DNA of 64,000 nucleotides from Candidatus Multivoradales bacterium (GCA_965248925.1 CBDFLE010000006.1:2912001-2976000); one strand, 5' to 3'. Counted from the stretch's first letter, positions 1 through 9,017 are shown. The notes: generated by a model not told the origin, from the letters alone. Numbers and translations: made by a program.

Positions 1-510
1 GTGGCGATGGTCGTAGGACAGGTAGCCTAGCTCGTCAATGGCCAGCAGATCGGGCCGGGTGTAGAGGGCCAGGCGCCGCTGCAGAGCCCTGGAACTCTCT
101 TGTGCCGCGAGGTCGTTGAGCAGTTCGCTGGCGGTGAGCATGCGTCCGGTGGCGCCACGCAACAAGGCCTGGTAGGTGAGATTCTGAACGATCATCGACT
201 TGCCGACGCCGTTGGGACCGAAGAGGATGACGTTGGCTCCTTCTTCGAGCCATTGGAAGTTGAAGAGGTCTTCCACCATCAGGCGATCGATCTTTCGTGG
301 CCACTTGTAGTCGAAGTCGGCCATCGGCTTGAAGGTGCCGATGTGTGCGTTGCGGATTCGCCTCTCGAGGCTCCTCTGGTGTCGCACTATCTCCTCTCGG
401 TCGATCAAAGGCAGCACCCAAGGCTGGTTCTGAAGTTGACTCCAATCTTCGACCAGACCGTGCAGCCCGAGCTTCTTGGCCCGGATGAGCAGATCTTCAG
501 TCGTCGTCAT
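1..510 (-). CDS. istB: IS21-family helper ATPase IstB (3' end outside the window)
   Basis: Manual translation: MTTTEDLLIRAKKLGL...FKPMADFDYKWP...NVILFGPNGVGKS (Walker A)...LLAIDELGY (Walker B). The start overlaps the end of istA. Confidence 0.92.
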   Translation of the reverse strand, partial: MTTTEDLLIRAKKLGLHGLVEDWSQLQNQPWVLPLIDREEIVRHQRSLERRIRNAHIGTFKPMADFDYKWPRKIDRLMVEDLFNFQWLEEGANVILFGPNGVGKSMIVQNLTYQALLRGATGRMLTASELLNDLAAQESSRALQRRLALYTRPDLLAIDELGYLSYDHRH

Positions 511-1996
511 GAGGATCCTCCTGGCGGCTGAGACGGTCGTAGTCGTTGAGATCATGAGGGCGCACGTCGAGATCCCGGATTCTGGGATCTTTGGGTAGGC
601 GGAGAGGAAGCATCGGCGTGGCCTGACGCTCGCGCTCACGGCGCTCGAGCACCAGGCGAACGGCCTGGACGTCGCAGGAGTGGTTGCCGAGCGCCTCTTC
701 GACGGCCGAGGTGAGAGCCTCGGTGCCGTAGTGGTCGAGCAAACGCAGGAGTGCTGCGGTAGCGGTTCCCAGAGGCAGCCCTCTCTCGGCGAGTCGCTGC
801 AACAGCGCCTCGCACCTTGGAGCCGCGCGCCTGAGACGATCGAGCCCCCGATGTTTCTTCGCCCGGTGTTTGTGATCGACAAGCTCCTGGATATGCTCGG
901 GGTTCTCGATCTGCTGGCTGCGATCGAAGGATCTGGGATGGCACGCCACGACCTTGTGACCGTCGAAGATGCGTACCTCTAAGAGGCTGGCGCGCACCGT
1001 CAGAGTGCGGCGCACCCGATCGAACGGCACCGAGTAATCGTTGCGATCAAAGCGTGCATACGGCGTCTTGCCAATGTGAGCCTCGCCGCGCTCCTCGGTC
1101 CGAAACGGCTCGGTGGGCAGCTCGATCAGGTAGGACCTCTCGTCCTCGAAGGCTTCGCTGACCGTTCTGCTGGGGTCCTGATGCCATTTCCGACGATCTG
1201 CCCAGCCCTCACACCATGCCTCGGCTTGACGATTCAAATCGTCGAGATCCTTGAACTCCCGACCGGCGAAGAACGAAGTTCGGATATAGCGAATGGCGCG
1301 CTCTACACGTCCTTTCTCGTTGCCCCGAGCGATCGCTACTGGCCGTGGCTCGAATCGGTAGTGGCCGGCAAATTCCTGGAACTTGGGGTTGTAGCGAATC
1401 GCCTCGCCCCGGCGTTCGAGCACCACACTTTTCAGATTGTCGTAGAGCAAGATCTTGAAGACACCTTGCCATCTCTCGAAGGTGGCCACATGACCGCGCA
1501 GAAAATTCTCCATCCGCGCGTTGAGGAAGAACCGGAGGAAGATCCGACGCGAGTAGCTCGCTACCAGAACGAAGCCCATCAGGCTGTGCTCCGCGCCTCC
1601 CACCTTGATAGAGCCGAAATGGCCCCAATCCACTTGCCCTTGCTCGCCAGCCAAGGTGGTCAGGCGCAGGTAAGCCTCAGCCTTGCGACGAGGTCTTATT
1701 CGAGCCACCAGGTGACGGAAATGATCCTCACCTCCTGAGTAGCCGCGCTCCTTGACCATCTGGTAGAGCCGACTCGCCGGGAGGCTCGGGAACTTCTCCA
1801 AGGTCTGGTGCATGAAGGGCTGGTAAGGATCAACTATCGAGCTGCGGGTCGAAATCGCCGTCGGCGCCCCGGCATCCCGCAGGGCTCGCTGCACCGTCTC
1901 GTAGTGAACTCCGAGCTGCCGGCTGATCGTGCCCGGCCGCCATTTCTCCACGAAGTGGTAGCGCAGGATCTCCTGTTTCTTCTCTTCTGAAATCAT
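497..1996 (-). CDS. istA: IS21-family transposase IstA
   Basis: N-terminal HTH, GEQGQVDWG, LYDNLKS and KGRVERAIRYIR (DDE). The likely start is ATG at 1996, overlapping the upstream stop (ATGA). Confidence 0.93.
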   Translation of the reverse strand: MISEEKKQEILRYHFVEKWRPGTISRQLGVHYETVQRALRDAGAPTAISTRSSIVDPYQPFMHQTLEKFPSLPASRLYQMVKERGYSGGEDHFRHLVARIRPRRKAEAYLRLTTLAGEQGQVDWGHFGSIKVGGAEHSLMGFVLVASYSRRIFLRFFLNARMENFLRGHVATFERWQGVFKILLYDNLKSVVLERRGEAIRYNPKFQEFAGHYRFEPRPVAIARGNEKGRVERAIRYIRTSFFAGREFKDLDDLNRQAEAWCEGWADRRKWHQDPSRTVSEAFEDERSYLIELPTEPFRTEERGEAHIGKTPYARFDRNDYSVPFDRVRRTLTVRASLLEVRIFDGHKVVACHPRSFDRSQQIENPEHIQELVDHKHRAKKHRGLDRLRRAAPRCEALLQRLAERGLPLGTATAALLRLLDHYGTEALTSAVEEALGNHSCDVQAVRLVLERRERERQATPMLPLRLPKDPRIRDLDVRPHDLNDYDRLSRQEDPHDDD

Positions 1997-2415
1997 CTTC
2001 GATCTCTCCGTTTGCGCCGCCGTCGTCGTCTGAGGGGATCCAGACGGACGAATGGACGGCAGAGAACGCCACAGAAGCAGCATCGCGGCTCGCCGAGCGG
2101 GGCAAGGCGGTCCTTGGACCCACTCGGGGGTGGCGTAGTGAGGATGACTGGGGGCTCTGGGGGTGGGGTACCCTGATGCGTTACTTTCTGCGCTTCGGCC
2201 TGCTGGCGCTGACGCCATCGGGCCTGCCGCTCGGCCTGATTTCGGCGACCTTGAGGGGTCTGGCAGTAGCGCCAACCAGCAGCTCGCAAGGACTCGCGGC
2301 GGGCGGCGCTGGAGCACTCCTGGCCACAGTAAATCTGCCCCCGGTCACAGTGCGAGCAGATCTCGACCGAGGCTCGACACCCAGCACAGAAATACCACCG
2401 GTAGTCCTCGCGCAC
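1993..2415 (-). CDS. Cys-rich, putative Zn-binding accessory protein of the IS element
   Basis: CAGC...CSHCDRGQIYCGQEC and C-terminal CCFCG. Its stop overlaps the istA start. Confidence 0.7.
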   Translation of the reverse strand: MREDYRWYFCAGCRASVEICSHCDRGQIYCGQECSSAARRESLRAAGWRYCQTPQGRRNQAERQARWRQRQQAEAQKVTHQGTPPPEPPVILTTPPPSGSKDRLAPLGEPRCCFCGVLCRPFVRLDPLRRRRRRKRRDRR

Positions 2416-2688
2416 CGTCTCCAGCTGGACAGAGGGTAGACGAGACGATGATTTCCGAAGATACTTAGCGCGAGCCGGCCTATCGGTCGCGCTTCTTGGG
2501 GAGGTCCAGGGGTTTCGACCGCCTAGTCAAATTGCCCCTGGACCTTCGTCTCTTCCGTCCACAGCCCTATTCTGCAAGATCACGGACCCGCCTGCGGCGG
2601 GGATGATGATTCCGTTGGGCGGGATCTAGAGAATGGTGCTGGTCTGCGCTCTACACCAACTACGTACGCTTTCCCGTAGCCGCTAACA

Positions 2689-2756
2689 TTTGGACGGGTC
2701 CACAGCGTTTGGACGGGTCCACAGCGTTTGGACGGGTCCACGGCGTTTGGACGGGT
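2689..2756. repeat. 19-bp tandem repeat TTTGGACGGGTCCAC(A/G)GCG, about 3.6 copies
   Basis: Units start at 2689, 2708 and 2727, with a partial unit at 2746. Confidence 0.95.
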
Positions 2757-3160
2757 TGTCGAGGCTCAACGCCGCCTTGTAGGTTCTCTAGGCCGGCCGG
2801 AGCCCTTGTGGGGTCCCGGTCTTCAACCAGAGTGAAATCGAAAAGGGAGGTGTGGCAGGAGCAATCGCTAGAAACAGAAACGGCCGGCGAAAGCCGGCCA
2901 TCTCAAGAACCGCCCAAGCTGGAAACAGCGTCAAAAACTCTCCAACTGGGGCACCCTGGAAGCACGCTAGTTGCGCGCCGTTAGGGCTTACTGCGCTTGA
3001 TGATACGGCAAGGCTTCTCGCTTTTCAAGCGTGAAAGGGATCCCGAATGCCTAGAAAGCTGTGGGACCTGGGTCGGCGGGAGCGGTTGCGGCTGCTGTGG
3101 CAGTTGCTCCCGCGGTCTCGCTGATGACGTTTGCGGAGGGCGGTCAACGCCCTCCGCCTT

Positions 3161-4189
3161 CTACAAGAACGCCGGGATACTCAACGAGTACTGGTCAATG
3201 AATTCACGGCACTTCAGGTCCGCCAATGTGACGGAAGTGTGGCGGCTGCGCAGGTTCTTGAGGTTTTTGCTGATAATTTCGCGGTTCGGGGTTGAGATAC
3301 CGAAGGCAGTTCCGAAGACATTTAAAGAATGAATACCTTCGTAATCAGAGTTTAAGATTTCGAGGTTCTGCATGTGGAAGGCGAACCCAAGGAACACTAC
3401 TGCGTGGGCCTTATCCATGGCCGTCTTGACGCCCTGGATCTCGACGGAGTTGGCGTCAGCCCCCTCGCCAAATGTCTTGATTCTGTCCGCAAGCTGCGGT
3501 AACTCGTTGAAATCAGGTTCAGCGCCGAACTTAATAGGACCGTCTGCGGCCCAGGGTACTGCACCGACGGTGCCGTAAGGGTGGCAGATCTCAATGCCGT
3601 CCACGAAACCAGCTGCCTCAGCCGGAGTAATGTCGTAAAGAGTCTGTAGGGCCAGGTAGAGAAAGATCTCCACGCAACGGTCGTAGTTGAAAATCACAAA
3701 AGCTATTCGTGACAGGCGACTCTTGAGATGGCTCTTCTGACAATTTGCAGTCAGCTGTTGAAAGAACGGCGTAAGCCATACTTCTTTAAGGTGACTGAAG
3801 GATCGACGAGGAATAGCTTTGTAGAGCTCGCTGCCTCTCTCAGATTCGAGGATCTGCTCCACGATGGCTAACTTGCCACATGTCTGGATCGCTAAGTCTT
3901 CTTGGTGCTTGTGTAAATAGTCGTCGATCGAGGACGCCAAGGCCATTGCCTTGATGATCTTGCGGGCACCCTTTAGGAAGAACCGGTACCGGGTTTCCGA
4001 GTTCTTGTGAGGGCTGGATGTGGATAAGAGACAGCGGGCCAGGTCGCTAGGCTGCGAATTGAGGCCCAAGTCTTCCGGGAGGCCCTCGAGCCGGGCGGCG
4101 ATTTTTGATGTCAGATCGTTACCGAGGGGCAAACCCAGTTCGAAGCTTGCCCCTGCACCCACAACAAACACAGTCTTCTGGTCTAACAT
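3161..4189 (-). CDS. SIR2-like domain protein, candidate NADase/anti-phage effector
   Basis: VFVVGAGAS, FNYD, HPYG and VFLGFAF correspond to the SIR2_2-type GAGxS / NYD / HG / GxSF motifs. Visibly more AT-rich than its neighbours. Confidence 0.7.
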   Translation of the reverse strand: MLDQKTVFVVGAGASFELGLPLGNDLTSKIAARLEGLPEDLGLNSQPSDLARCLLSTSSPHKNSETRYRFFLKGARKIIKAMALASSIDDYLHKHQEDLAIQTCGKLAIVEQILESERGSELYKAIPRRSFSHLKEVWLTPFFQQLTANCQKSHLKSRLSRIAFVIFNYDRCVEIFLYLALQTLYDITPAEAAGFVDGIEICHPYGTVGAVPWAADGPIKFGAEPDFNELPQLADRIKTFGEGADANSVEIQGVKTAMDKAHAVVFLGFAFHMQNLEILNSDYEGIHSLNVFGTAFGISTPNREIISKNLKNLRSRHTSVTLADLKCREFIDQYSLSIPAFL

Positions 4190-5374
4190 CTACTCCCCAC
4201 CCCCCAAAATCCGATCCACCTTCTCCGCCACTTCCCTTAGCCGATCAATCGGCAGATGCCCCCGCGTATACGTCGGCACCAAATCCGTCGAAGCGTGCCC
4301 CAGCTGCATGGCAATGTCGTCGGCCGTAACCCCCGCATTCCGCAGCCACCGCGCCACCAGGTTCCTGGCCACGCCCATGTACTCGATCGGCGGCTCGATG
4401 CCGACGGCCTGGCTGGCTTTGTAGAAGCGCCGGCGCAGGGTCTGCTGGGTGCAGGGGCGGCCGCTCAGGTGGAAGACCAGGCCTTTGACGTGGCGCATGC
4501 GCCCTGGGCTGCAGAGCCAGGCGCGTAGGTGGTGCTCTAGCCGCTGGCCGATGCCGACAGCGTGGGGGCGGTCGGTCTTCAGCATCTGCAGGCGGATGAG
4601 GCCGGCGTCGAAGTCGATGTCTTGCTCGCGCAGGGCGAAGACGTCGCCGGGACGCAGGCCGGTGGTGATCTGCACTTCGGCGACGGTGCGCTCGAGGGTG
4701 CCTTCGGGCATCTGCTCGAGCATGGCCAGCATTTGCTCGGGCTCGAGGCCGGGCCGCTTGGGCTTGCCGCGGGTGGGCAGGTGGGCCGGGATCCGCCACT
4801 CGGGGTGCAGGGCCTTCCAGGCGTACAGCCGGCGCAGGAAGGCGAGGTCTTTGCGCGCGATGACCGGGCCAGCGGTGCGCCGGCCTTTGCCGAGCTTGTG
4901 GCTGGTGCGCCAGCCGACGTAGGCGCTGATCTTGGAGGGGTCGAGCTCGTCGGGCCGCAGGGTGGGCTGCTTGAGGCCCTTCAAGATCCAGGCGTGCCAG
5001 CCGGCGGCGCGCTCGTGGTAGTAGGTGTAGGTGCTGTCGGCCAGGGTGCCTTGCATGACCCGCTTTTCGCAGTCGCGCAGGTACTCGTCGATCAGCTCGA
5101 GCACGGTGGGGATGCGCTTGCGAGGGCGGCCCAGGCCGTCGCGGAGCAGGGTGTCTTTGAGCTTGGCGCGGCGCTGGTACTCGATGGCGGTTTCGCGGTC
5201 GCGGAAGCGCCGCTGGAGCTTGGTGTCGCCGACCTTGACCCGCACGCGGTAGCGGCCGGCGTGGTCGATCGAGACGCCCTTGGGCAGGCCATCGGTGCGC
5301 TTGGCGAGCTTGGCCTTGAGCCGCTCGTTTTCGGCGCGGAGGCGGTCGACTTCGGCTTGGAGGTCTTTGGCCAT
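4190..5374 (-). CDS. int: Phage tyrosine integrase
   Basis: N-terminal arm-binding-like region (GRYRVRV), TGLRPGD, K, xxARN, LGHAS and C-terminal Tyr (PTY). Located at the prophage end. Confidence 0.9.
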   Translation of the reverse strand: MAKDLQAEVDRLRAENERLKAKLAKRTDGLPKGVSIDHAGRYRVRVKVGDTKLQRRFRDRETAIEYQRRAKLKDTLLRDGLGRPRKRIPTVLELIDEYLRDCEKRVMQGTLADSTYTYYHERAAGWHAWILKGLKQPTLRPDELDPSKISAYVGWRTSHKLGKGRRTAGPVIARKDLAFLRRLYAWKALHPEWRIPAHLPTRGKPKRPGLEPEQMLAMLEQMPEGTLERTVAEVQITTGLRPGDVFALREQDIDFDAGLIRLQMLKTDRPHAVGIGQRLEHHLRAWLCSPGRMRHVKGLVFHLSGRPCTQQTLRRRFYKASQAVGIEPPIEYMGVARNLVARWLRNAGVTADDIAMQLGHASTDLVPTYTRGHLPIDRLREVAEKVDRILGGGE

Positions 5375-5413
5375 GTTTACCCCTCTACCTGCTCTGTTTG
5401 CCGCAGTCGGGCA

Positions 5414-6508
5414 CTAGAGTTCTCCCATGTCGCCGAGGCTCGGATTCTTTGCAAGCTCTGCAAGCTCTTTCAGGGTATATATGAGCCCAAAGCCGTCTTC
5501 GGTCCACCCTAGAATAATGGTCCAGTCACCCTGATCCCATTTGACGGAGAGCCTCGCCATGCCGATCTCGACCGATATTGCTGTCTGTGCAGCATCGCCC
5601 TTAGCAAAGGCCGGTACGCGAGTTTCGCTATCGTCGCCCAACCCATATAGCTCCTCAAGCTCTGCGTTGATCTCTAGGAACCGAGGCAGCGTGGTCGTTT
5701 TGTGATAGCGAGATACGACAGCCACTCGGCCGGCAACTGTGTCAACAATCTCATTCCTCTCTGTCCAGACGTACTTCCCGTCCTTGATGGCATCTTGGCC
5801 CTTCAGCGTGCTGATGTTTGCGCCAAGACAGTACCGCCCAAAGACCCTCTTGGTGTTGCAGGAATCCGCGGCCACTGTGGGTGGCGCGGCGGCCTGGGCC
5901 ACCTGTTGCGGTTCGCCGGCTATCAGAGCAGGAGTGGATGTCGCGTCTGATCCTGCCGCGACTCCACTGAGCCCGTACTTTGCGCTGAGCAGCCGCATTC
6001 GGAGCATCGCGATCGAAAGCTCGCTGGTGGCGACATTGGTTAGCTTGAGAGTCCGGACCAAGCCGCCAGCGGTCTCGGCGCCGGCGCGGCTTACCCGCAG
6101 CTCGATGTTCTCAGCGTCGATTTCTTGCTGGATCTCGTGGACCCGTTCTTCGTCGACCGGCTCGATCTCGACTGTCTCAGAGATCCGGGCGCCTGTCTCG
6201 ATGGCCAGGATTCTCTGCTCGAGCATGGCCAGGATACTGCGCTCGGTCTCGAGCCGAATGCTGGATATCTGACCTAGCAGTCTGGCCGCCGTGCTCAAGG
6301 TAGCCTCGGTTTCGGCTATTGACGCTGCATATTGGTCGGCTTCCTCGCGCAAGGCTGAAACTTGCGCCTCCTCTGCTTCGCTCAGGGTGCGCTGGCGCGG
6401 TTGTCGCCCCAACAAGTAGCCGCCCAGCAAAGCACCCAGCACCAGCAGAAGGACCAGCGCCCAGCCGGGCCGCGAGTTTCGCGCCACGGCGAAGCCTTGT
6501 GTGCTCAT
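5414..6508 (-). CDS. Membrane-anchored coiled-coil hypothetical protein
   Basis: 364-aa ORF with an N-terminal TM helix (WALVLLLVLGALLGGYLL), a helical region, then a globular domain. Confidence 0.7.
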   Translation of the reverse strand: MSTQGFAVARNSRPGWALVLLLVLGALLGGYLLGRQPRQRTLSEAEEAQVSALREEADQYAASIAETEATLSTAARLLGQISSIRLETERSILAMLEQRILAIETGARISETVEIEPVDEERVHEIQQEIDAENIELRVSRAGAETAGGLVRTLKLTNVATSELSIAMLRMRLLSAKYGLSGVAAGSDATSTPALIAGEPQQVAQAAAPPTVAADSCNTKRVFGRYCLGANISTLKGQDAIKDGKYVWTERNEIVDTVAGRVAVVSRYHKTTTLPRFLEINAELEELYGLGDDSETRVPAFAKGDAAQTAISVEIGMARLSVKWDQGDWTIILGWTEDGFGLIYTLKELAELAKNPSLGDMGEL

Positions 6509-6617
6509 CAGTGGAACTCCACTACGGGTTGAATGCCGCGGAGGTACTTGCTCGAGGGAGCCTCGAGCTCGCGGAGGCGCTTGCGTAGGCGGTAGACGTC
6601 AGCCTGCAGCTCTTTCC

Positions 6618-6960
6618 TCACTTATACCTCGCCATGTGCGCCATGCCTCCGAAGAGGAGGCCCAGAACGAACAAGACGGCACCGGTGATCAGGCTGACGC
6701 TGACGATCATGTAGACGCCGCCGAAGATGAACAGCATGGCGACCAGCGCGGCCATCGATCCAGCCAGCGTCAGCTGGCCGCCCCGGCTCTTTTTTGGCTT
6801 GCGCTCGCCCTGGGCACCCGGAGGCCGGTAGGCGTTTGGCAAGCTGCTCTCGGTTGCTGGCCTCGGACGGGAGCACCAGCTCGATAGTCGTGTTGGTGGT
6901 CGCTAGCTGCTCGGTGAGGCGGGTGACGATACTTGCTGCCTCTTCGCGCTTCAATTTCAT
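6618..6960 (-). pseudogene. Small membrane protein, apparently frameshifted
   Basis: RBS (GGGAG) plus ATG at 6960 opens one frame. The two-TM C-terminus (6618-6842) lies in another frame with no good start. Confidence 0.4.
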
Positions 6961-7155
6961 GCGATCTCCCTGATTTTCTCTTCTGCCAGCAACATCGACT
7001 AACAAAATCTGTGCTGCGCCCCAACCTTTCGACTTAAGTTGGGGTCTTCTGAAAATGTGCGCCTCTTTAGGCTCTTCGAACGGCTCGGAGAGTACCGAGG
7101 GGCCGAAAGGAGCTTCTATGTCTCTTCGCTCTGGACCAATTATCGAGCCAATTGG

Positions 7156-8010
7156 CTAACTGGCCAGGATTATTTCCAGCCTCTCTATCAAGGTCGCCGC
7201 TGTAGGCACTGCTGGCACTCGGATCAGCATTGCCTCGGCTGCGACCCGCTTAGCCTTTTCTCGACGCCCGGCTCCCATGTGAGCCTGCGCCAAATCGGCA
7301 CTGATCATCAGTTTCTCTAGAGGGCCGCTGTGCCCATCTAGGGCGATCTGCAGGTGACTAAGGGCAAGGTCTTGGTCCGTTTCCAGGTAAATCCCAGCAA
7401 CGGACCAATGAATTTTTGACGCCAGGCGCGATCCGATTGGGCAAAGTTCTAGAGCCGCATCGAGATGCTGTAGCGCCGCTTCCTTTGAAGTACAATGCTC
7501 TGCTAGCAGCTGTCTTGCCGTGGCAATCTCGACCCAATCATCTTCTCCGAACAGGCTGAGGGCTGCTCGGATTTGCTCGGTGGGATCCTTGCATTGCAAC
7601 CAGCGGATGTGCCCCATCGCCAAAAAAGTCTGGGCAACACCTTTGGGCATTGCGAGTTCCATGTAGAGCTGTCCGGCAACGACAGCCAGCGCGAACGCAT
7701 CGTCCAGCTGCCCAGCATCCTTAGTGAGATAGGCCCCACGCAGGCAAACCGATGCCCTTAGTTCATCGTCCTCGTAATCCCTCGCAACAGCTCCTGCTTC
7801 TTTGAGTAGAGCCTCTGATTCGATCAGATTGTCGCCAACACGCGCCGCATTTCCCAGCACCGCCAAGAGCCATCCTGAGCTGAGACCCTCGGCCTCGATC
7901 AGACAATTCTGACACGCCGCGCAGGCGGCTCTGGGATCTACGTACGTTAGGCGATCGAGAGATGCTATACGGTCGCGGAATTCTGATTCTCGAGCTGCCT
8001 GTCTCATCAC
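7156..8010 (-). CDS. TPR-like alpha-helical repeat protein
   Basis: Ala/Leu-rich helical repeats (LLAVLGNAARVG, A..L...A). The start overlaps the repressor stop. Confidence 0.7.
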   Translation of the reverse strand: MMRQAARESEFRDRIASLDRLTYVDPRAACAACQNCLIEAEGLSSGWLLAVLGNAARVGDNLIESEALLKEAGAVARDYEDDELRASVCLRGAYLTKDAGQLDDAFALAVVAGQLYMELAMPKGVAQTFLAMGHIRWLQCKDPTEQIRAALSLFGEDDWVEIATARQLLAEHCTSKEAALQHLDAALELCPIGSRLASKIHWSVAGIYLETDQDLALSHLQIALDGHSGPLEKLMISADLAQAHMGAGRREKAKRVAAEAMLIRVPAVPTAATLIERLEIILAS

Positions 8011-8342
8011 TCCCCACCTTTGTCTACCTTCACTCGCTCCAGCAACGTATCTGCGAGCTGTTGCACAAAATCTCTCGTAGACGCCCCCGTCAAGACAATT
8101 TGATGGCTGCTTCCCGGGGTTTCCTGTCCGTTCACCTCATCAAGTCGCCTGGCAAGGTCATGCGCGTTGGCTTTCATGGCCCCTAGGTAAGCGGAAACCC
8201 TATGGCAGCCAGTCCTGTTGCTGTTCTCGATCCGAGAAACGCTGCCCGCGGTCCACTTGAGCATCGCTTCCAGTTCGCTCTGCTTGTATCCCGCGTCTAG
8301 GCGCATTCGCCTCAGCGCTTCGCCAATGTTCGAGAGGGGCAT
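8007..8342 (-). CDS. XRE-family HTH repressor (cI-like)
   Basis: IGEALRRMRLDAGYKQSELEAMLKWTAGSVSRIEN. Divergent from the cro-like gene. Confidence 0.85.
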   Translation of the reverse strand: MPLSNIGEALRRMRLDAGYKQSELEAMLKWTAGSVSRIENSNRTGCHRVSAYLGAMKANAHDLARRLDEVNGQETPGSSHQIVLTGASTRDFVQQLADTLLERVKVDKGGE

Positions 8343-8476
8343 AGGAGAAGCCTATAGGCGGATTGTGCAATTTGTCAATTGACACCACTCATTCTGTGGT
8401 GTCACGAATTGTTTATTCCGCATATATGACGAATGACTATTGACAAAAAGCAAATTAATTGGCTATTCTCCAATTC
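8343..8476. promoter_or_regulatory. Lysis/lysogeny switch: divergent sigma70-like promoters and an operator palindrome
   Basis: Rightward TTGACA (8440) - 18 bp - TATTCT (8464). Leftward TTGACA (8378-8373) - 18 bp - TAGGCT. Palindrome TGACACCAC-N7-GTGGTGTCA at 8380-8404. AT-rich. Confidence 0.75.
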
Positions 8477-8677
8477 ATGCAGATCAATTGCGGCAAGGAC
8501 CTAGAAAAGGCGCGAGTTGCGAAGGGGTACTCGCAGAAGCGCCTCGCAAACGATCTCGGTATGGATCCAAGCACCCTTTGTCGACTCGAATCGAGAGCAG
8601 GACTCCCCAAGGCTTGGATCATGTGGGAGAAGCTCAGAATGCTGCTGGGAGTTTCTGCAGGGAAGCGGTCGCTTTGA
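8477..8677 (+). CDS. Cro-like XRE HTH protein
   Basis: LEKARVAKGYSQKRLANDLGMDPSTLCRLES. Confidence 0.85.
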   Translation: MQINCGKDLEKARVAKGYSQKRLANDLGMDPSTLCRLESRAGLPKAWIMWEKLRMLLGVSAGKRSL

Positions 8678-8708
8678 GCAAGAAGGACGACCGCAAGGGA
8701 CTCGGCCG

Positions 8709-9017
8709 ATGACCATCCAGGTCGGCTATCTCCCCAACGACCCGCGCCCGGTGGTGGACGACGACTGTGTGCCGGTGTCGCTGGAGTTGTTCGCCGAAGA
8801 GGTGGGCGTGGCGTCCAAGTTGCTGCGCAACCACATCTACGCCGGCAAGGCGCGGCTGTGGCCCGAGTTCTTCCGGGTCAACCGCAAGACCTTCACCACC
8901 CGCGGCGCCATCCGCCGCTGGGTGACCACGCTGACCTCCACCCACGCCGCGCTCGACGCGATGGACGACGCCGACGTGGCCTTTGCCGAGCTGGATCGGC
9001 TCGAGGAGGTCTGCTGA
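8709..9017 (+). CDS. Excisionase/AlpA-like small DNA-binding protein (paralog 1)
   Basis: VSLELFAEEVGV...RN...WPEFFRV...TT..AIRRW, a winged-helix Xis-like pattern. Confidence 0.6.
   Translation: MTIQVGYLPNDPRPVVDDDCVPVSLELFAEEVGVASKLLRNHIYAGKARLWPEFFRVNRKTFTTRGAIRRWVTTLTSTHAALDAMDDADVAFAELDRLEEVC

Larger units (their letters stand above)
1..2688 (-). mobile_element. IS21-family insertion sequence (accessory ORF + istA + istB), runs off the left edge
   Basis: istA and istB overlap in tandem. The minus strand begins TGTTAGCGGCTACGGG at 2688, a TG-starting end as expected for IS21-family elements. The other end is outside the window. Confidence 0.85.

Noticed and set aside
1997-2317. N-terminal extension of IstA in the ORF track (606 aa)
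   Set aside because: It overlaps the Cys-rich ORF. IstA-like sequence begins at ATG 1996.
2689-2756. Possible CRISPR array
   Set aside because: The units are contiguous 19-mers with no unique spacers, and no cas genes are present.
4562-5512. Long antisense ORFs (also 41369-42616, 47001-48146, 52584-53507, 60653-61762)
   Set aside because: They are shadows of well-supported genes on the other strand in high-GC DNA.
6960-8010. Arbitrium (aimR/aimP) system
   Set aside because: No short signal-peptide propeptide ORF follows the TPR gene. Kept only as a weaker hypothesis.
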